DNA from: Macrostomum lignano
Taxonomy: Eukaryota
DNA length: 64,000 nt
Direction of reading: 5' to 3'
NCBI GenBank assembly: GCA_002269645.1
Contig: NIVC01000100.1
Span: forward strand, 372,001-436,000
Shown here one piece after another: positions 12,201 through 25,620 of this stretch; the first letter of the stretch is position 1, and each line of letters starts with the position of its first letter. Both the position numbers and the translations under genes were made by a program. The notes below the pieces were generated by a model. It was given only the letters and a program-made list of their open reading frames with translations, was not told the DNA's origin and ran no database searches.

Positions 12201-15200
12201 CACAACCAATGACCCTGACACCATTAGTGAATTAATGAATAAGGTCATGACCGTGACCCACAACCAATGACCCTGACACCATTAGTGAATTAATGAATAA
12301 GGTCATGACCTTGACCCACAACCAATGACCCTGACACCATTAGTGAATTAATGAATAAGGTCATGACCTCGACCCACAACCAATGACCCTGACACCATTA
12401 GTGAATTAATGAATAAGGTCATGACCGTGACCCACAACCAATGACCCTGACACCATTAGTGAATTAATGAATAAGGTCATGACCGTGACCCACAACCAAT
12501 GACCCTGACACCATTAGTGAATTAATAAATAAGGTCATGACCTTGACTTACAACCAATGACCCTGACACCATTAGTGAATTAATAAATAAGGTCATGACC
12601 TTGACCCACAACCAATGACCCTGACACCATTAGTGAATTAATGAATAAGGTCATGACCTCGACCCACAACCAATGACCCTGACACCATTAGTGAATTAAT
12701 GAATAAGGTCATGACCGTGACCCACAACCAATGACCCTGACACCATTAGTGAATTAATGAATAAGGTCATGACCGTGACCCACAACCAATGACCCTGACA
12801 CCATTAGTGAATTAATAAATAAGGTCATGACCTTGACTTACAACCAATGACCCTGACACCATTAGTGAATTAATAAATAAGGTCATGACCTTGACTTACA
12901 ACCAATGACCCTGACACCATTAGTGAATTAATAAATAAGGTCATGACCTTGACCCACAACCAATGACCCTGACACCATTAGTGAATTAATGAATAAGGTC
13001 ATGACCTTGACCCACAACCAATGACCCTGACACCATTAGTGAATTAATGAATAAGGTCATGACCTCGACCCACAACCAATGACCCTGACACCATTAGTGA
13101 ATTAATGAATAAGGTCATGACCGTGACCCACAACCAATGACCCTGACACCATTAGTGAATTAATGAATAAGGTCATGACCGTGACCCACAACCAATGACC
13201 CTGACACCATTAGTGAATTAATAAATAAGGTCATGACCTTGACTTACAACCAATGACCCTGACACCATTAGTGAATTAATAAATAAGGTCATGACCTTGA
13301 CTTACAACCAATGACCCTGACACCATTAGTGAATTAATGAATAAGGTCATGACCTTGACCCACAACCAATGACCCTGACTATTATTACAAGCCAATATTC
13401 AAAACCCCGATGCGTAAAACTGGACAGCATGACTCACCGACAGAAACGGCAATGCCTGTCTAGCGCAGCCTCTCACTCGACCAACGCAGGCCAAGTCCTG
13501 GGGCTCGAACTCGGCACTGTCAGTTGGATCAATAGCATCAATAGCCTGAGCACAGATTGTGTCAACAAGCCGCTGCCTACCGCTAACAGTTTGCATGCAC
13601 TGTAGAGAGGCGAGAACTTTAATAAAACAAGTGAACTCGGCTTCTGTAACATCCTCAAGAGCTGTGGTGACTTGTTCAACAATTACTTCTTCAACTTCGG
13701 GCGTCATCTGGCATCGATCGATGCAGAGGATCCGGTCGGAGAGGAAGCGAATGCAGCGACGGCGAGCGGCCTCGGGCAGGTCAGGGTGGCTCAGCTGAGA
13801 GAAGATGGCGCGTATTGATGCTTGAGCAGCTGAGCTGAGCACAGATAACAGGGACTGTTCGACTAGAGACAGCTCCTGGTGATGGAGGCGAGAAGGCTAG
13901 ATGAGCCAAATGCATACGAGTACATTGATTCTGTTGAACCTTTAGAATGGGATTAAAGTCCCTTGGATGGGATTCAAATGTCTGTGGTGAGATTTAAATC
14001 CCTGGAATGGGATTAAAATCTCTAGGATGCGATTAATATCCTTAGGATGGGATTGGATTAAAAATCCCTGTTATAGGATTAAAGTCTCGTCAAAATGGGA
14101 TTTTCGATGGGATTATTCCAAATTATTATATAGAAGGAATAAAATGTTAGTAATGAAAGTACATTGTCAAGCAAAAAAACATGACATACCTTGTCATCAT
14201 CAGTTTGCATTAGCTGCACAAGTACATCGGACACTTTAGTAGCATATTCGTTGATTCGATTTGAATCCTTATTCGACCTACTACTAGTGTTAGTAGTAGA
14301 AGTAGCACTAGAGCTCAAGCAGAGGCGAGGCAGGCCACTGATGACTTGCCTTCGGGTTTGAGAGTCATCGTCTTCAACCAGATCAATTAGGGCATTGAAG
14401 GCGGCTTTCTGATGCGAGTCAGAGATGTTTAGCCCAGGTAATAGACGACAGATAAGCTGGGCTGACAAGCGCTTGATGTGCGGTTCGGCACTGGCAGTGG
14501 CATACTCGGATAGTATTTTGTCGAATACTGAATCATTCTAGTGTGCGAGGTGAGAGTATGCTATTTAAATCTAGTAATCTAGCAACTCTGGCAACTTCAT
14601 TTTCCCCGTGCCAGTTGCCAATTTAAAAAAAATGATGTTGTAAGAAGTGCAAAAAAGAGCCATATGAATTGATATGATGGGATCATTAGTTTATTATTGT
14701 TTGCAGCATAGATAACAATCATAGAGTTAAGAGAAAAAATTTATGCTTTTCAAACATAGCCTTGGAAATATCCATCCTCAAGAATTCGGCTAGTTGCCAA
14801 TGCAATGGGCAACCAAAACTAGCCATTGGCAACTGGATTTTGAGCCCCATGGGCCAACTGGCAACTGGATTTCCTTTCCAAACTTAAAAGAAACCCAGTC
14901 TATTATGCTTCTTTACTTTGATTCTACATTTGGTTTTGAATTGTTGATGTAATTTTGGAGAATTCACCGGATGGGTGAATTTTTGAGGTTAGGCATGTAT
15001 GTTTACTCCATCCCAATGGTTAGTACAATCTATGGTCCCACTTATAGTTCCTGAGGAGAAGACTAAAGTTTCACTATGTCTACTTACTACTAACTAGATC
15101 ATTCAATAAACTAGAGCCAATTGGCAATATTTACTTATTTTAACTTGAAGCTAATATTTAATTTTTAAATTCAATGACAATTTTGCTATGGCATATAATG

Positions 15201-18200
15201 GTATATGATCCCTATAGTCCAGATCATGCTAGATGCACGCCTGAACAAAAATTGAATAATTACAAATGCACACTGAGAAAAAACTGAGTACACGCCCATT
15301 CTCAAAACTATGCCAGCATTGCAATAATAAATTACTTTTTCATGTTGTGACAATAAATTACCTTTTTTGAATTGTGTAATAGACCCTTTTTGGCAGTAAA
15401 TTTGATAGCTTTTTATGCCTTTTTGGCAATACTATTTATAGCAAAAATTGATACACACAAAGATTTGTTTAAGTGCTTTATTATGAGCTTTAAAAACCTA
15501 GAAAGCTTGAAATTTATGCTTAAAAATAAACCTTTTTCATCTTTTTTCTACCTTATAATAACTTTTCTGCATGAATCTATAGAGTACATACTAGGTATAT
15601 ATGTATACTATTTTCTTGGGAGTGATATATGCCAACTATGTACACCTACTCCATACTCCAGATCATGTAGTATATGCCTAAAAATTTGGGCATACATTGG
15701 CCTTGCACACCAAAAGTAGGCATGCATAGTTGGCATGCATCACCCCTAAGAAAATTGTGTATGCATACCTAGCATGCATTTCATAGAATAATGTAGAAGA
15801 GTTATTTTGAAATAGAAAAAAAATGAAAAAAGGTTCATTTTAAGTGTAATTTTAAGCTTTCTAGGTTATTGTTACAAAAGCAAAAAATAACTAAATCATC
15901 TGCCAAAAAGAGTCTCTTATGCAATTCAAAAAAGCCATTAATTGTTACAAAATAAAAAGGTCACTTATTGTCGCAACACTAGCATAGTTTAGAGAAAGGG
16001 TTTTATTTTATTTTTTTTCAATGTGCATTTTGCAATTATTCAATTTCGTGAAGTTTATGGTACTTGACATAATTGCCAAATTTAAATGATCTATTTGTTC
16101 AATTAATTTTATAAAGTAGGCAAAAATGTGTAACACGTAAAAAAGGTCATTTATTGTTGCAAAGCCTAGAAAACCTGGCGTTAGTTCCTAGGACCTTGGC
16201 GTACATTTCAGTATGAAGTGGCGTAGATTTTTTAGGGGACTTTTTATTCTGGCATATAGGCCTACCATGAGAATACAATCCACTTCGGTAACAGCCATTT
16301 CGGTAACAGCCACTTTGGTAACTGCCACTTCAGTAACAAAGCAGATTTATGACTGTCAACACTATATTTTTATGATAATTAGGTTTGGAAATAATTAGTT
16401 TAATAATTACCATTTCAAATGTCTTATTACACATATTGTTAAACTTTCTAGTTAAACTGTATTAATTATACTTTGTTTAAACTTGCACAGTTTAAACAAT
16501 TATACTCTGTGAAACATTTAAAGACAAAGAAAATTAAGCAAATTAAGCAAATTAAAAAAAACTGTAGAAACATCCAGACGCTCTTTCAAATACCTTACTT
16601 ATACCCCTATTGGAATAAATGTTAAAAACCCAGGGACGCGCACTTTAGAAAAGAGTCAAACTATTTTACCGCACTTTAGGATTATTAGAGATGTTCCGAA
16701 AGATCTGCAGTTTTGTCAAAATCAAAATTCACTAACTTTCTAAAACCAAAATTGAAATTTCCCGAAATCATAATTCAGAAAAACAAAGTTTAGCATCATC
16801 AACACTCACTTTTTTACTTTCAATTTACTGCTTAGCCAAAAAGTAATACATGTATATGTAGTAGAAAGTAGATTATTTTTAGCAACTTTGGACACAACCA
16901 AAATATTCACTTTAAATTTTTTTTTGAAATTGAAATTCGCTCAAAAAAAATTCAAATTTTGGACAATTGAAATTGAATTTTTGGAACATCTCTAAGCTTA
17001 ATAAATTACGAGTGTATAAGCCCCTTCAACAGAGGTATTATACCCATTTCCATGTATATGTATTTGCTAAAGCAGCAGCCAGTAAGAAAGGGCAGCGCGT
17101 GCGCAGGCGCTGCGCCTGTGCGCGCGCTGCGCTTCAGAAAAATTTTAAAAGTGTGCCAGACACGGTCCGCGGTTTTACAACTTTTTCCTATAGAGACTTA
17201 TACAAATATCGTAACTTGTTTTCAGCGATCGTGTAAAAATGTTTAACCTTGTGAACAAATACTAAAAAAAGCAAGCTAAAGCTCCCATACATTCATTGAA
17301 ATTAAAATTTTTATAAATAATTAATAAAGAAAAAAGTAGATTTTGTAATTTTAAATCACTATTCGCTAACTTGATCAGAGATTCCAATGTACATGGTCAC
17401 AAAATTTGGTCAATTACAGGATGTCTCGGGTGCACATAATCTGACTCATCTGGAAATTAAAATAGATTGGTTAAAACAAAGGATTTGCATTTCCTTTCGG
17501 AGCATATCAATTAATGCATATTATTAGGGAGTCCAGTGAGATTTTAAAACTTCTAAATTCAGAATTATTTTCTATACCATTTGTTAGATCTTAGTTATAT
17601 GAGCAAAATGACACCTCACTTTTGAATTTTGGTCAAGTAATAAAAAAGTTATAGCACTTTTAGTGCCATATATTTTGTTGTCTCCGTAATGTATTTTTCC
17701 CATAAGCCACTGTGATCATTTTTGCGAAAAGAAGCATTTTTTTGACTAATAAGTTACATAACTTTTGAACTATTCAATGGATTTTCATTCTTTATATGTC
17801 ATTTTTAGCATTTTTCTTGTAGATTATTTTGCATTAGTCCTTTGAAAAATATAACTAATAGTTTTTTTTTTATTCTCAAAATAAAAAATATGCTATATTG
17901 AGAATTTTAATTCTTACACCATAATTAAGCCTGTTTTGTCCTTATATAGATCATCCAGATGTAACACCAAGCCGATCTAGCTGGCTGGCAAGGGGCCCAG
18001 CCAAGGTAAGCTGCAAAAATGCACATTCAAAACATTTCAAAAGTAGTACTGATTAGCTGACGAGGCATTTAGCCCTCATTATACAGTCATAGTTACTCCC
18101 GCCGTTTACCCAAACATAACGTTAACTTTGCCTATGCTTTTTTCATAGTTAAGTTGCTTTTTTCGATTAATAAGTAAATTGTACAGCCATTGTATTCATG

Positions 18201-19657
18201 TACATACATGCTTATATGCACATATAATGTCCAATGCAATGAAACTTAATAGTAAACTCAAAATCATTTGACTAATAAGGTGACGAGTCACTTTCCTATG
18301 AAGCAGTAGTAATAGTTACTCCTGCTGTTTACCCAAAACATCGGTGCCATCACTGGAGTTGCGGGAAGAGCTGGCAATGAGATCATTGTTTCGTCTTGTT
18401 TGTATGCCAGTTTAGATAATAAAACAAAAGAAAAAACACCATCGATGCATATTTGAAAAAATTGCACAACATTTTCTACTTTAAATGGCAGTTTACCTGT
18501 ATTTTGGCTCAAACTTTGAATTAGTATTGTGTAAATGCGGGAATACATATTAACAAGCAGTTTTCTGCATTAGAAACTGCGTGGAACGTAAACTAGAAAA
18601 AAGAATTCAAAACGGCCATCGCTGTTGCCGCTAAGGGTGAAAAAGAAAAAAATAATTTTCAAGCCTCGTATATGGCTAGATAAAAAAATTTTTTTTTGCT
18701 TGGAATCCTATTTTTAACTAACAAAATATCAGTACTTCCAACTGGAGTTGTCATATTTTGTTATATTCCAATGATTTTCGTCTACATTTTCAACTTTCTG
18801 AAACCATATATATTCCCGTTAAAACGGCTTCAAATTACACTTTCGGCAAAAAAATCGGAAATTTTGACGAACGGTAACTTTGTACATGCTTTATCAATAT
18901 AAAAACACAAACACTCATTAGAAAGTAGGTTTTATCAGCTCTTTTGTGTATATCTTGGTTTTCTTGAAAACCTTCTCGTTTACATTCTATAGACCGTTGA
19001 AGTCAATACTGTTTTCCATTTGTTTCAAAATTTTCCCACCTTGCGCGGAGCTGACTGGACTCCCTAATATTATATTATTCTCACTTGTTACCAAAGTGGC
19101 TATTACTGAAATGGCTGTTATCGAAGTGGACTGTTATCCTACCATGACATGATCCTGACTATGGACGCTATATGAACTCTTGCAGGTACATTTCAAACAA
19201 ATTATTGCTAGTTCCATGCATAGCTTGAAACTTGGCTTTGCAGTTGCCTCACATTCCCTCTATAGTATTTGTGTGAGCCACTGGGTTGTTGGGGTCCTAA
19301 AAATGCAGCAAATAAATCCCTCAAAAGGGGTTTTAATAATTTAGAGTGGGAAACTGAACAATTGCCCATCCAATAAGATAAATTTAGATAAATTTTCCAA
19401 AGATAGTTAAGTTAAAATTTTGTTTTTATTACTTTTTATTACTAATATTAGATGATTAGACCTATGACTGATGGTTATGATTATGACTTTATAATTATTA
19501 AGTCATGAACTTACTAATCCTAAAGTAAAAAGTAACTCACCTCAGATGATTTGTCAATCGACTGATTCTCCTTAATTCTGTTAAACAGTGCATATAGTTG
19601 GTCAATTGGGTCACTGGGGCTAGTACTAATGCTATTCCCATTGTCATTAACTTCCAT
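9209..19657 (-). CDS. API5: Apoptosis inhibitor 5 homologue; complement(join(9209..9734,11177..11408,11868..12009,13438..13875,14190..14537,19541..19657)), 600 aa
   Basis: Peptides match API5 in order: DPIDQLYALF, KRLSAQLI...LIDLVEDDDSQTRRQVI, ALEDVTEAEF...QTVSGRQRLV, KFVTYYLDKVLPQL, NFSHIESLLFAVH, VYRPPVGKFSS, RGG tail. All five introns are GT-AG with compatible phases (0,0,0,1,2). Confidence 0.93.
9850..11090. repeat. 26-bp minisatellite (gggatttcaggtatttatgggaatat) in API5 intron 5
   Basis: Period 26 (9961, 9987). Produces the 382-aa, 269-aa and related repeat ORFs. Confidence 0.95.
11490..11830. repeat. 42-bp tandem repeat in API5 intron 4
   Basis: ttgctagg at 11581 and 11623; 14-aa periodic ORFs. 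Confidence 0.85.
12062..13378. repeat. 58-bp minisatellite (~22 copies) in API5 intron 3
   Basis: aaggtcatga at 12241 and 12299; highly homogeneous copies. Confidence 0.95.
15290..16060. repeat. Dispersed AT-rich repeat family copy (others at ~26470-27010 and ~28690-28910)
   Basis: cagatcatgta..tatgcctaaaaa(a/t)ttggg..cattggccttgca at ~15657 and ~26866; an adjacent block occurs in inverted orientation at 26480-26740. Confidence 0.6.
16271..19138. mobile_element. Mutator-like (foldback-type) non-autonomous element in API5 intron 1, ~2.87 kb
   Basis: Inverted modular ends (ccacttcggtaacagccatttc... versus ...gaaatggctgttatcgaagtgg). Flanking direct repeat ctaccatga at 16262-16270 and 19139-19147. 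Confidence 0.75.
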
Positions 19658-19924
19658 GACTAGGCTTAACATTAACACTGGTCACTGGGCCTACACAACT
19701 AAAACAAATATTAAAAAATTGATTGGTTTGTTGGTATCAAAATCGAAAATTACAAGCAACAACCAAGTCTCGCCTCGCTGCAATCAAACAAACACTGCAA
19801 TGCAATGCTGAATCTGGTATATAAATTTGCTATTTCGATTTCGGCGATTTGAAATTCTGCTAAGGTTCAAAAAATTAAATTAAATATGGATCGGGAAATA
19901 AACTAAGTGTGCATGTGCATCAAT

Positions 19925-20374
19925 CAGTTGGCGTACACAGGATTTTGAAAAGGGAGGGGATAACTTTTAGAGAAAAAATGGCAGACTTATAGAATATTAT
20001 TTTTTCTGCAATTTTTTTGCTCAGACTTTGCGTTTAGAAAGTACCAAAACCATGTTTATTTGGCTAAAAAAACTTTACTTTGTTAAAATTAGATAAAGCC
20101 GGCAAAGTCTGTCCTTCCTGTCTGCTGCATTTTAGGAACTAGGGCTTTACACGGAAATATAGTTTAAAACATTTTAATATTAATTTGCGGGTGATATAGA
20201 TCAGTTTTTGGCAATTTTGCTAAGTCTAAGCCGCTTTATTTTGCATTTTTTTTCAAAATGCGAAAACCTAATTATCGTTTTCTATACATCATCAAAATGG
20301 GGGATATATCCAAGGACCACTGTACAGTGGGCCTTGGATATATCTCCGTATCCCCCCCCCTAGGTACGCCACTG
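19925..20374. mobile_element. Probable hAT-like MITE
   Basis: Ends cagttggcgtac / gtacgccactg (CAGTGGCGTA-type TIR). No TSD match found. Confidence 0.45.
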
Positions 20375-20600
20375 GTTTGTATATTACGAAAAAATAGTTG
20401 CATGATGAATTTTTTTAATATAGTTACATTTAATACGGTTTAAAATTCATTGAAGATTTAAAAATATTTAATCATAAATAGTGTTTTCTGTTTTAATTTT
20501 ATTAATGTTAGGCGCAAGTTTAATATTTTGATTTCGTAGAACTCTTACGGAGCAAACGATATCGGTTAGTCATCTGAGGTGTCTATCCGACCATCACATA

Positions 20601-21577
20601 AGGGGTCCCAATCCCGGGATCCCGGCTTTTTGTTAATGTTCTGGATCCCGGGATTAGGGGTCCGGGATCCCGGTAAACACGGGATTGGAATTTACACTTT
20701 GCAGAAGTGAATATGTTTCGTCTTGCAGTTAGCACTTAACAGTTTTGAGAGAATTTTTGCATCCTGAGAATGAAGTTATAGAATGAAGGACAGTAGGACT
20801 ATCAATCAACTGTATCAAGCACTAGGCTACTACACCTTTTCACGTTCAATTTTGAACAAAGTCCAGTTCTAAAAAAAACTAGCAGAAATTCAATTCAGAC
20901 AATTCAGACTGGGGACAATTTTGTCTATGGCTAAAACTTGCTTCGGTTGCATAATGTTTTGAACTGGGGTTTGTTGCCCCAGTTTGAATTGTCTGAATTG
21001 AATTTCCGCTAGTTTTTTTAGAACTGGACTTTGTTCAAAATTGAATGTGAAAAGGTGTAGTCACTAGACTAAGGGGTCTGACTCTAGTCTAGACTCTAAC
21101 TGTCTAAGTGGCGATGGCCTGGACACTGGGCCCACTGGCCCGGGCCCCACCACAGTGCGCAGGCGCAGCTAAGGAAGGGAAAGGGATAAATGGGGGTGGG
21201 GTGCGGACTGGGTTCTGAGTCTGAGTCTCTGTGTGTGTGTGTGTGAGGTGGTCTGTGTTGGGGGCAGAGAGAGGCACCAGTGCAGCATATACGGTCCTAA
21301 TCCGAGGGGAGAGGGTGTAGTTTAGTATGTATGTACAACTAACAACTACATGTAACTTCAACTATTTTATCAATGCAGTTCTACTTGTATAAGCTAGAAA
21401 TAGAAAGTAGAAACCCAAATGATGCTCAAATTAGTTGGGAAATTGTTTTGTGGACAATCGGAAAGCTTCTCGTAAATTTGTTTGTTCAATCATGGGATTG
21501 GCCCGGGATCCCGGGATTGGGTCAATTTTTTGTCTGGGATCCTGGGATTGTAAAATGTCCAGGATTTGGGACCCCTA
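20601..21577. mobile_element. hAT-like non-autonomous element with subterminal GGGATCCCGG repeats
   Basis: Termini (t)aggggtccca / tgggacccta-type; 8-bp TSD atcacata at 20593-20600 and 21578-21585. Confidence 0.75.
20829..21061. mobile_element. 233-bp palindromic MITE (Mutator-like) nested in the hAT-like element
   Basis: ~85-bp near-perfect TIRs starting actacaccttttcac; 9-bp TSD cactaggct / cactagact (one mismatch). Confidence 0.8.
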
Positions 21578-22010
21578 ATCACATAGTATCACTTATCCCG
21601 ATGGTGTAAGACCAAGATGGCCACACACCAAGATGGCCACAGCTGGGGTGGGGGTCACGGAAAATGACAGCTGGTTTTCTATTGGATAGCTTCGGGTGGG
21701 GAGATGTGGGGTTGCAATGGGGGGGTTTAGACAGGCAGTCAAAATTTTATTAGTTTATTGCAGGGCTAAAGACAAAAATGGTTACGAGTCTTAATTTCCT
21801 ACTTATAGTAGGCCCCTAAGAGGTGTAAACATATTTCGTATTAAACAAATCTCTTCTTCATATAAAATCTGGTGTAGCTTTTTCCAGTTTCTCTTATTGG
21901 TCGAGACTAATTTACTTGTTTAAAGGGATAAAAACTGGGTAAATTTCATGCCCTGTTCAAAATTCATCTGTCTCATTCACTGACAGCAGTCTAAGCACTT
22001 TAGATACAAA

Positions 22011-22679
22011 ATGGCAGGCGCATATCCATGTGTGGTCTGTCTGCAGCCAGTTTGCGATGGACAAGAAGCAATTGAGTGTTCTCAATGCTTGAATTGGCAG
22101 CACCGTGCATGTGATAGTCGCGTCACAATCAATCAGTATTCTGCAATGAGAAATGTCGGTGAGTTTTTCTGGCTTTGCAATCAATGCAATAGACAGGCTC
22201 CTGCAGGTAACTTAGCAGTGTCTCAAGCTGCAGATGCTGCAGTGGTACATGTACAAGCCCCGAATTCTGGACCAGCGGCTGTTCCTCTACCTGCTGAAAA
22301 TCCAGAACCAGTGCATTTGATTCTGGCACAAGCAGAAAATTTTCTTTACCAGTATCCAGATTTCAATGACCCTGATCCAGCTCTGGAAGAATCCATTCAA
22401 ATTCCTCCAGCAGAGCTTGCACCGCCCCGCAGCCCACCTCCCCAGCCCTTTGAGATTCTTACAGGTGCAGGATGCAGTCACGGAAAAGACCTTCTAGTGC
22501 AGTATGCCCAACGAGACCTTGGCCATCTGATGGATGAAAAAACGCGGCGAAATGGCAACACGTACTATCGCTGCACTAAGCGTTTATCACTGCACTGTCA
22601 TGGCTCCGCAGTCCGCCGTGCTGATGGAACCATAGAACTACATATCGCGCCGTTAGAGCAGGGTTTTCAGATGTTTTGA
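22011..22679 (+). CDS. PHD finger plus Pro-rich linker plus truncated FLYWCH-like zinc finger; transposon-encoded N-terminal fragment, 222 aa
   Basis: C4HC3 pattern YPCVVC...AIECSQCLNWQHRAC...FWLCNQC, then GKDLLV...RNGNTYYRCTKR...C. Lacks the closing HxH and any DDE domain. Confidence 0.75.
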   Translation: MAGAYPCVVCLQPVCDGQEAIECSQCLNWQHRACDSRVTINQYSAMRNVGEFFWLCNQCNRQAPAGNLAVSQAADAAVVHVQAPNSGPAAVPLPAENPEPVHLILAQAENFLYQYPDFNDPDPALEESIQIPPAELAPPRSPPPQPFEILTGAGCSHGKDLLVQYAQRDLGHLMDEKTRRNGNTYYRCTKRLSLHCHGSAVRRADGTIELHIAPLEQGFQMF

Positions 22680-23269
22680 CGCAAAAAACGCAAATTATAC
22701 TACTATCTGAAAATGAAGTAAGTAGTATACAAAAACGCTATCCTAAGCGTGATGTGGCAATATGTAGTCGTAATAATCCATGTGCTCATATATGTACATT
22801 AATACCACGTACATTAATCCCTATCTATCTCAAATTGGACATGTACATTAATTCCATGTACATTAATCCATATCTCAAATGTCCATGTCTATCCCCAATT
22901 CTATATGTACGCAGTATGTGCATTAATCTACATGAACAGTGTCATCCCCAGACGGCCCGCGCGCGCGCACCAAAATTACAACTCGAAACCCTACTACATG
23001 TACAGTACATGTAAAATGCGCAGAGGTTAGAATTAGCGCTGTACAATCCCATCTAAATGAGCCAACACCCAAGTTTTACAAAACGCGTCACATATGCATA
23101 TTTATATGTCAATTACTCAAAACCAAATGTAACTGATTACGCTATACTACCATTAGTAGAGTTTACAAGTCTAGATTCCTATTAAAAAAGATTACATTGG
23201 AATAGTGGAGATCATTTTTTTGATCAAATACATGTACAGACATAAGTCTGATACAAACAGAAGAGAGAA

Positions 23270-25620
23270 GAGATCAGATAGGAGAGATTAAAGAGGAGAA
23301 AGGAGAGATGAGAAAGCAGAGACGAGAAATGAGACAGTAGAGCTAGAACAGAGGAGAGAGGAGAGGGAAGAGATTATAGAGACGAGTGGAGAGTGAAGAG
23401 AAATATGTGAGAGCAGACATGAGAGACAATGGGAGAGAAGTGGAGTGAAGGAGAAAGGAGAATAAAGGGGGAGAATCGAGAGGACAGGAAGAGAGGGGAA
23501 GGGAGAGAAGAGAGATGAGAGGAAATAGAAGAATGGAGAAGGGAGAGAGTAGAAAGGAGAAGAGAGATGGGAGAGCAGGAGAGATGAGAGGGAGGAGAGA
23601 GTAGAGAGGGGAGGTGAAAGAGTAAAGGGGAGAAAGTTGAGAGAAGAGTTGGGAGAGTTGGGAAAAAAGAGGAGAGATGTTAAAGGAGAGTACAGATGAG
23701 AGATGAGAGAGAGGAGATAAGACAGGAAAGACAGGGTCGAGATGATAGAGGAGAGAGAATTGAGAATTTCGCACTGACCTACGAGGTGCGAACAAACACG
23801 AGAAATCAAACTGAAATGTGCTAATTTTAACAGTCCCAGACTTCCATTGTTCCTACAAAATTTTAAACAGCGGGGCAGGACCTCCTGCGGGGCAGACCCA
23901 TGGAAATTTTTCCGGTTTCCAAGATAATATTGACTTATAGGGAATAAACACATACCGTACGAGCTCAAATTTGAGCTCAAAGTTCGAGCTCAAATCCTAG
24001 ATATTTAAACATCGCCACATGAGAACGGAGTCACAACATAGTTTGAATATGATGGAAAGCGCACGTAAATAAGCGAAAAGCGGTATCCAACGGGGCAACA
24101 CGAGCAATCTTTCAATACGCTAATTGGGAGGGGATTAAGCAATCACGGGCTGACTACCATTCTGCCACTCAGCGGGGTCGAACAGGAGACTAACTCCTAA
24201 TAAATAAATTTTCTCAGTCCTATAATCTTTAATGACATGACACGGCCTTCACACATGGGGCTCCAAGGCCTCCATGCTCCTTCCAGTGATTTTTTTAGAA
24301 TAGTCTTTGGCTCTTAGCAAAGAGCAAAGAGAGAGCAAAGATGAAAGAGAAGAAAGGTGAGGGAAGATCGACGAGAGAAGATGGGAGAGAGGAGATAGGA
24401 AAGAAGAGAAGAGAAGAGAGAGAGAGAAGAGAGAGGAAACAAAAGAGAAGATAGAGTTTCAAAGGATCCGAGGGACATAGAGAGAGACAGGAGGCCAGAG
24501 ATTTTGCCGATACATGTTTTCGAAAGACAAGTTTTTGTTTGAGTATGACTTCAGATTTTAGAACTAGATATAAGCTGAGCTGAGAGAGAAGATGAAAGTA
24601 GAGGCTGAGAGTAGAGAGAGGCTGAGAGCAGAGAGGGGCTGAGAGCAGAGAGGGGCTGAGAGCAGAGAGGGGCTGAGAGCAGAGAGGGGCTGAGAGCAGA
24701 GAGGGGCTGAGAGCAGAGAGGGGCTGAGAGCAGAGAGGGGCTGAGAGTAGAGAGGGGCTGGGGATAGAGGTTGAGAGTGGATAGAGGCTGAGAGTAGAGA
24801 GAGGCTGACAGTGGAGAGGCTGAGAATAGAGAGGTTGAGAGTAGAGAGGCTAGTTCACGTTGTTCTCAATCCCATTCCACTATACATGTAGTTTTTATCT
24901 AATGTGACTAAGCCAGGTGCTTTTAGTGCAGGGGTTGGCAAACTTTTTACCTCGATTGAGAACCCAGCTCATGACTGCCCTTCTAGTCCGCTTCGTTGGC
25001 CCCCAAAGCGAAGCGAGGAGTCCTGATGACAGAGCGGGCCAGAGGTGAGGAGAGAGGGTAAGGAATAGAGAAGAGAAATACAAGCATAGGATAAAGGAGA
25101 GGCGAAGGAATTAAGGAGAAGAGAGTTGATGAGAGGAGAGTTTATATACGAGCGGAGAGAGAGGAGAAGGGAGATTAATGGAGAGGAGAAAGGAGGGAAG
25201 GGAGAAGAGAATGAAGAGGAAAAGGGAGATGATAGCAAAGAGGTGAGAAGAGAGGAGAGGATAGACATGAGGAGAAAGGAGAGGAGAGAGGTGAGGGCAG
25301 AGATGAGAGAGGAGAGGGCAGAGATGAGAGAGAGAAAAGATGAGAGGAGAGGGCAGACATGAGAGAGAAAAGATGAGAGAAGAGGGCAGACATGAGAGAG
25401 AGAATAGATGAGAGAGAGGGCAAGAGATGAGAGGAGAGGGCAGAGATGAGAGAGAGAAAGATGATACAGGAGAGGGCAGAGATGAGAGAGAAAAGAGAGA
25501 AGAGGGCAGACATGAGAGAGAATAGATAAGAGAGGAGAGGGCAGAAATGACAGAGAAAAGAAAAGAGACGAGAGTGCAGAGATGAGAGAAAAGATGAGAG
25601 ACAAGAGGCACTCCAATTTT
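23270..25620. repeat. GA-rich low-complexity tracts and a 17-bp repeat (ctgagagcagagagggg, ~24600-24850) inside the transposon
   Basis: Direct inspection; source of the Leu/Ser-rich minus-strand ORFs. Confidence 0.85.

Noticed and set aside
17080-17145. GC hairpin as a Helitron 3' end
   Set aside because: No CTRR followed by T at the expected distance on either strand.
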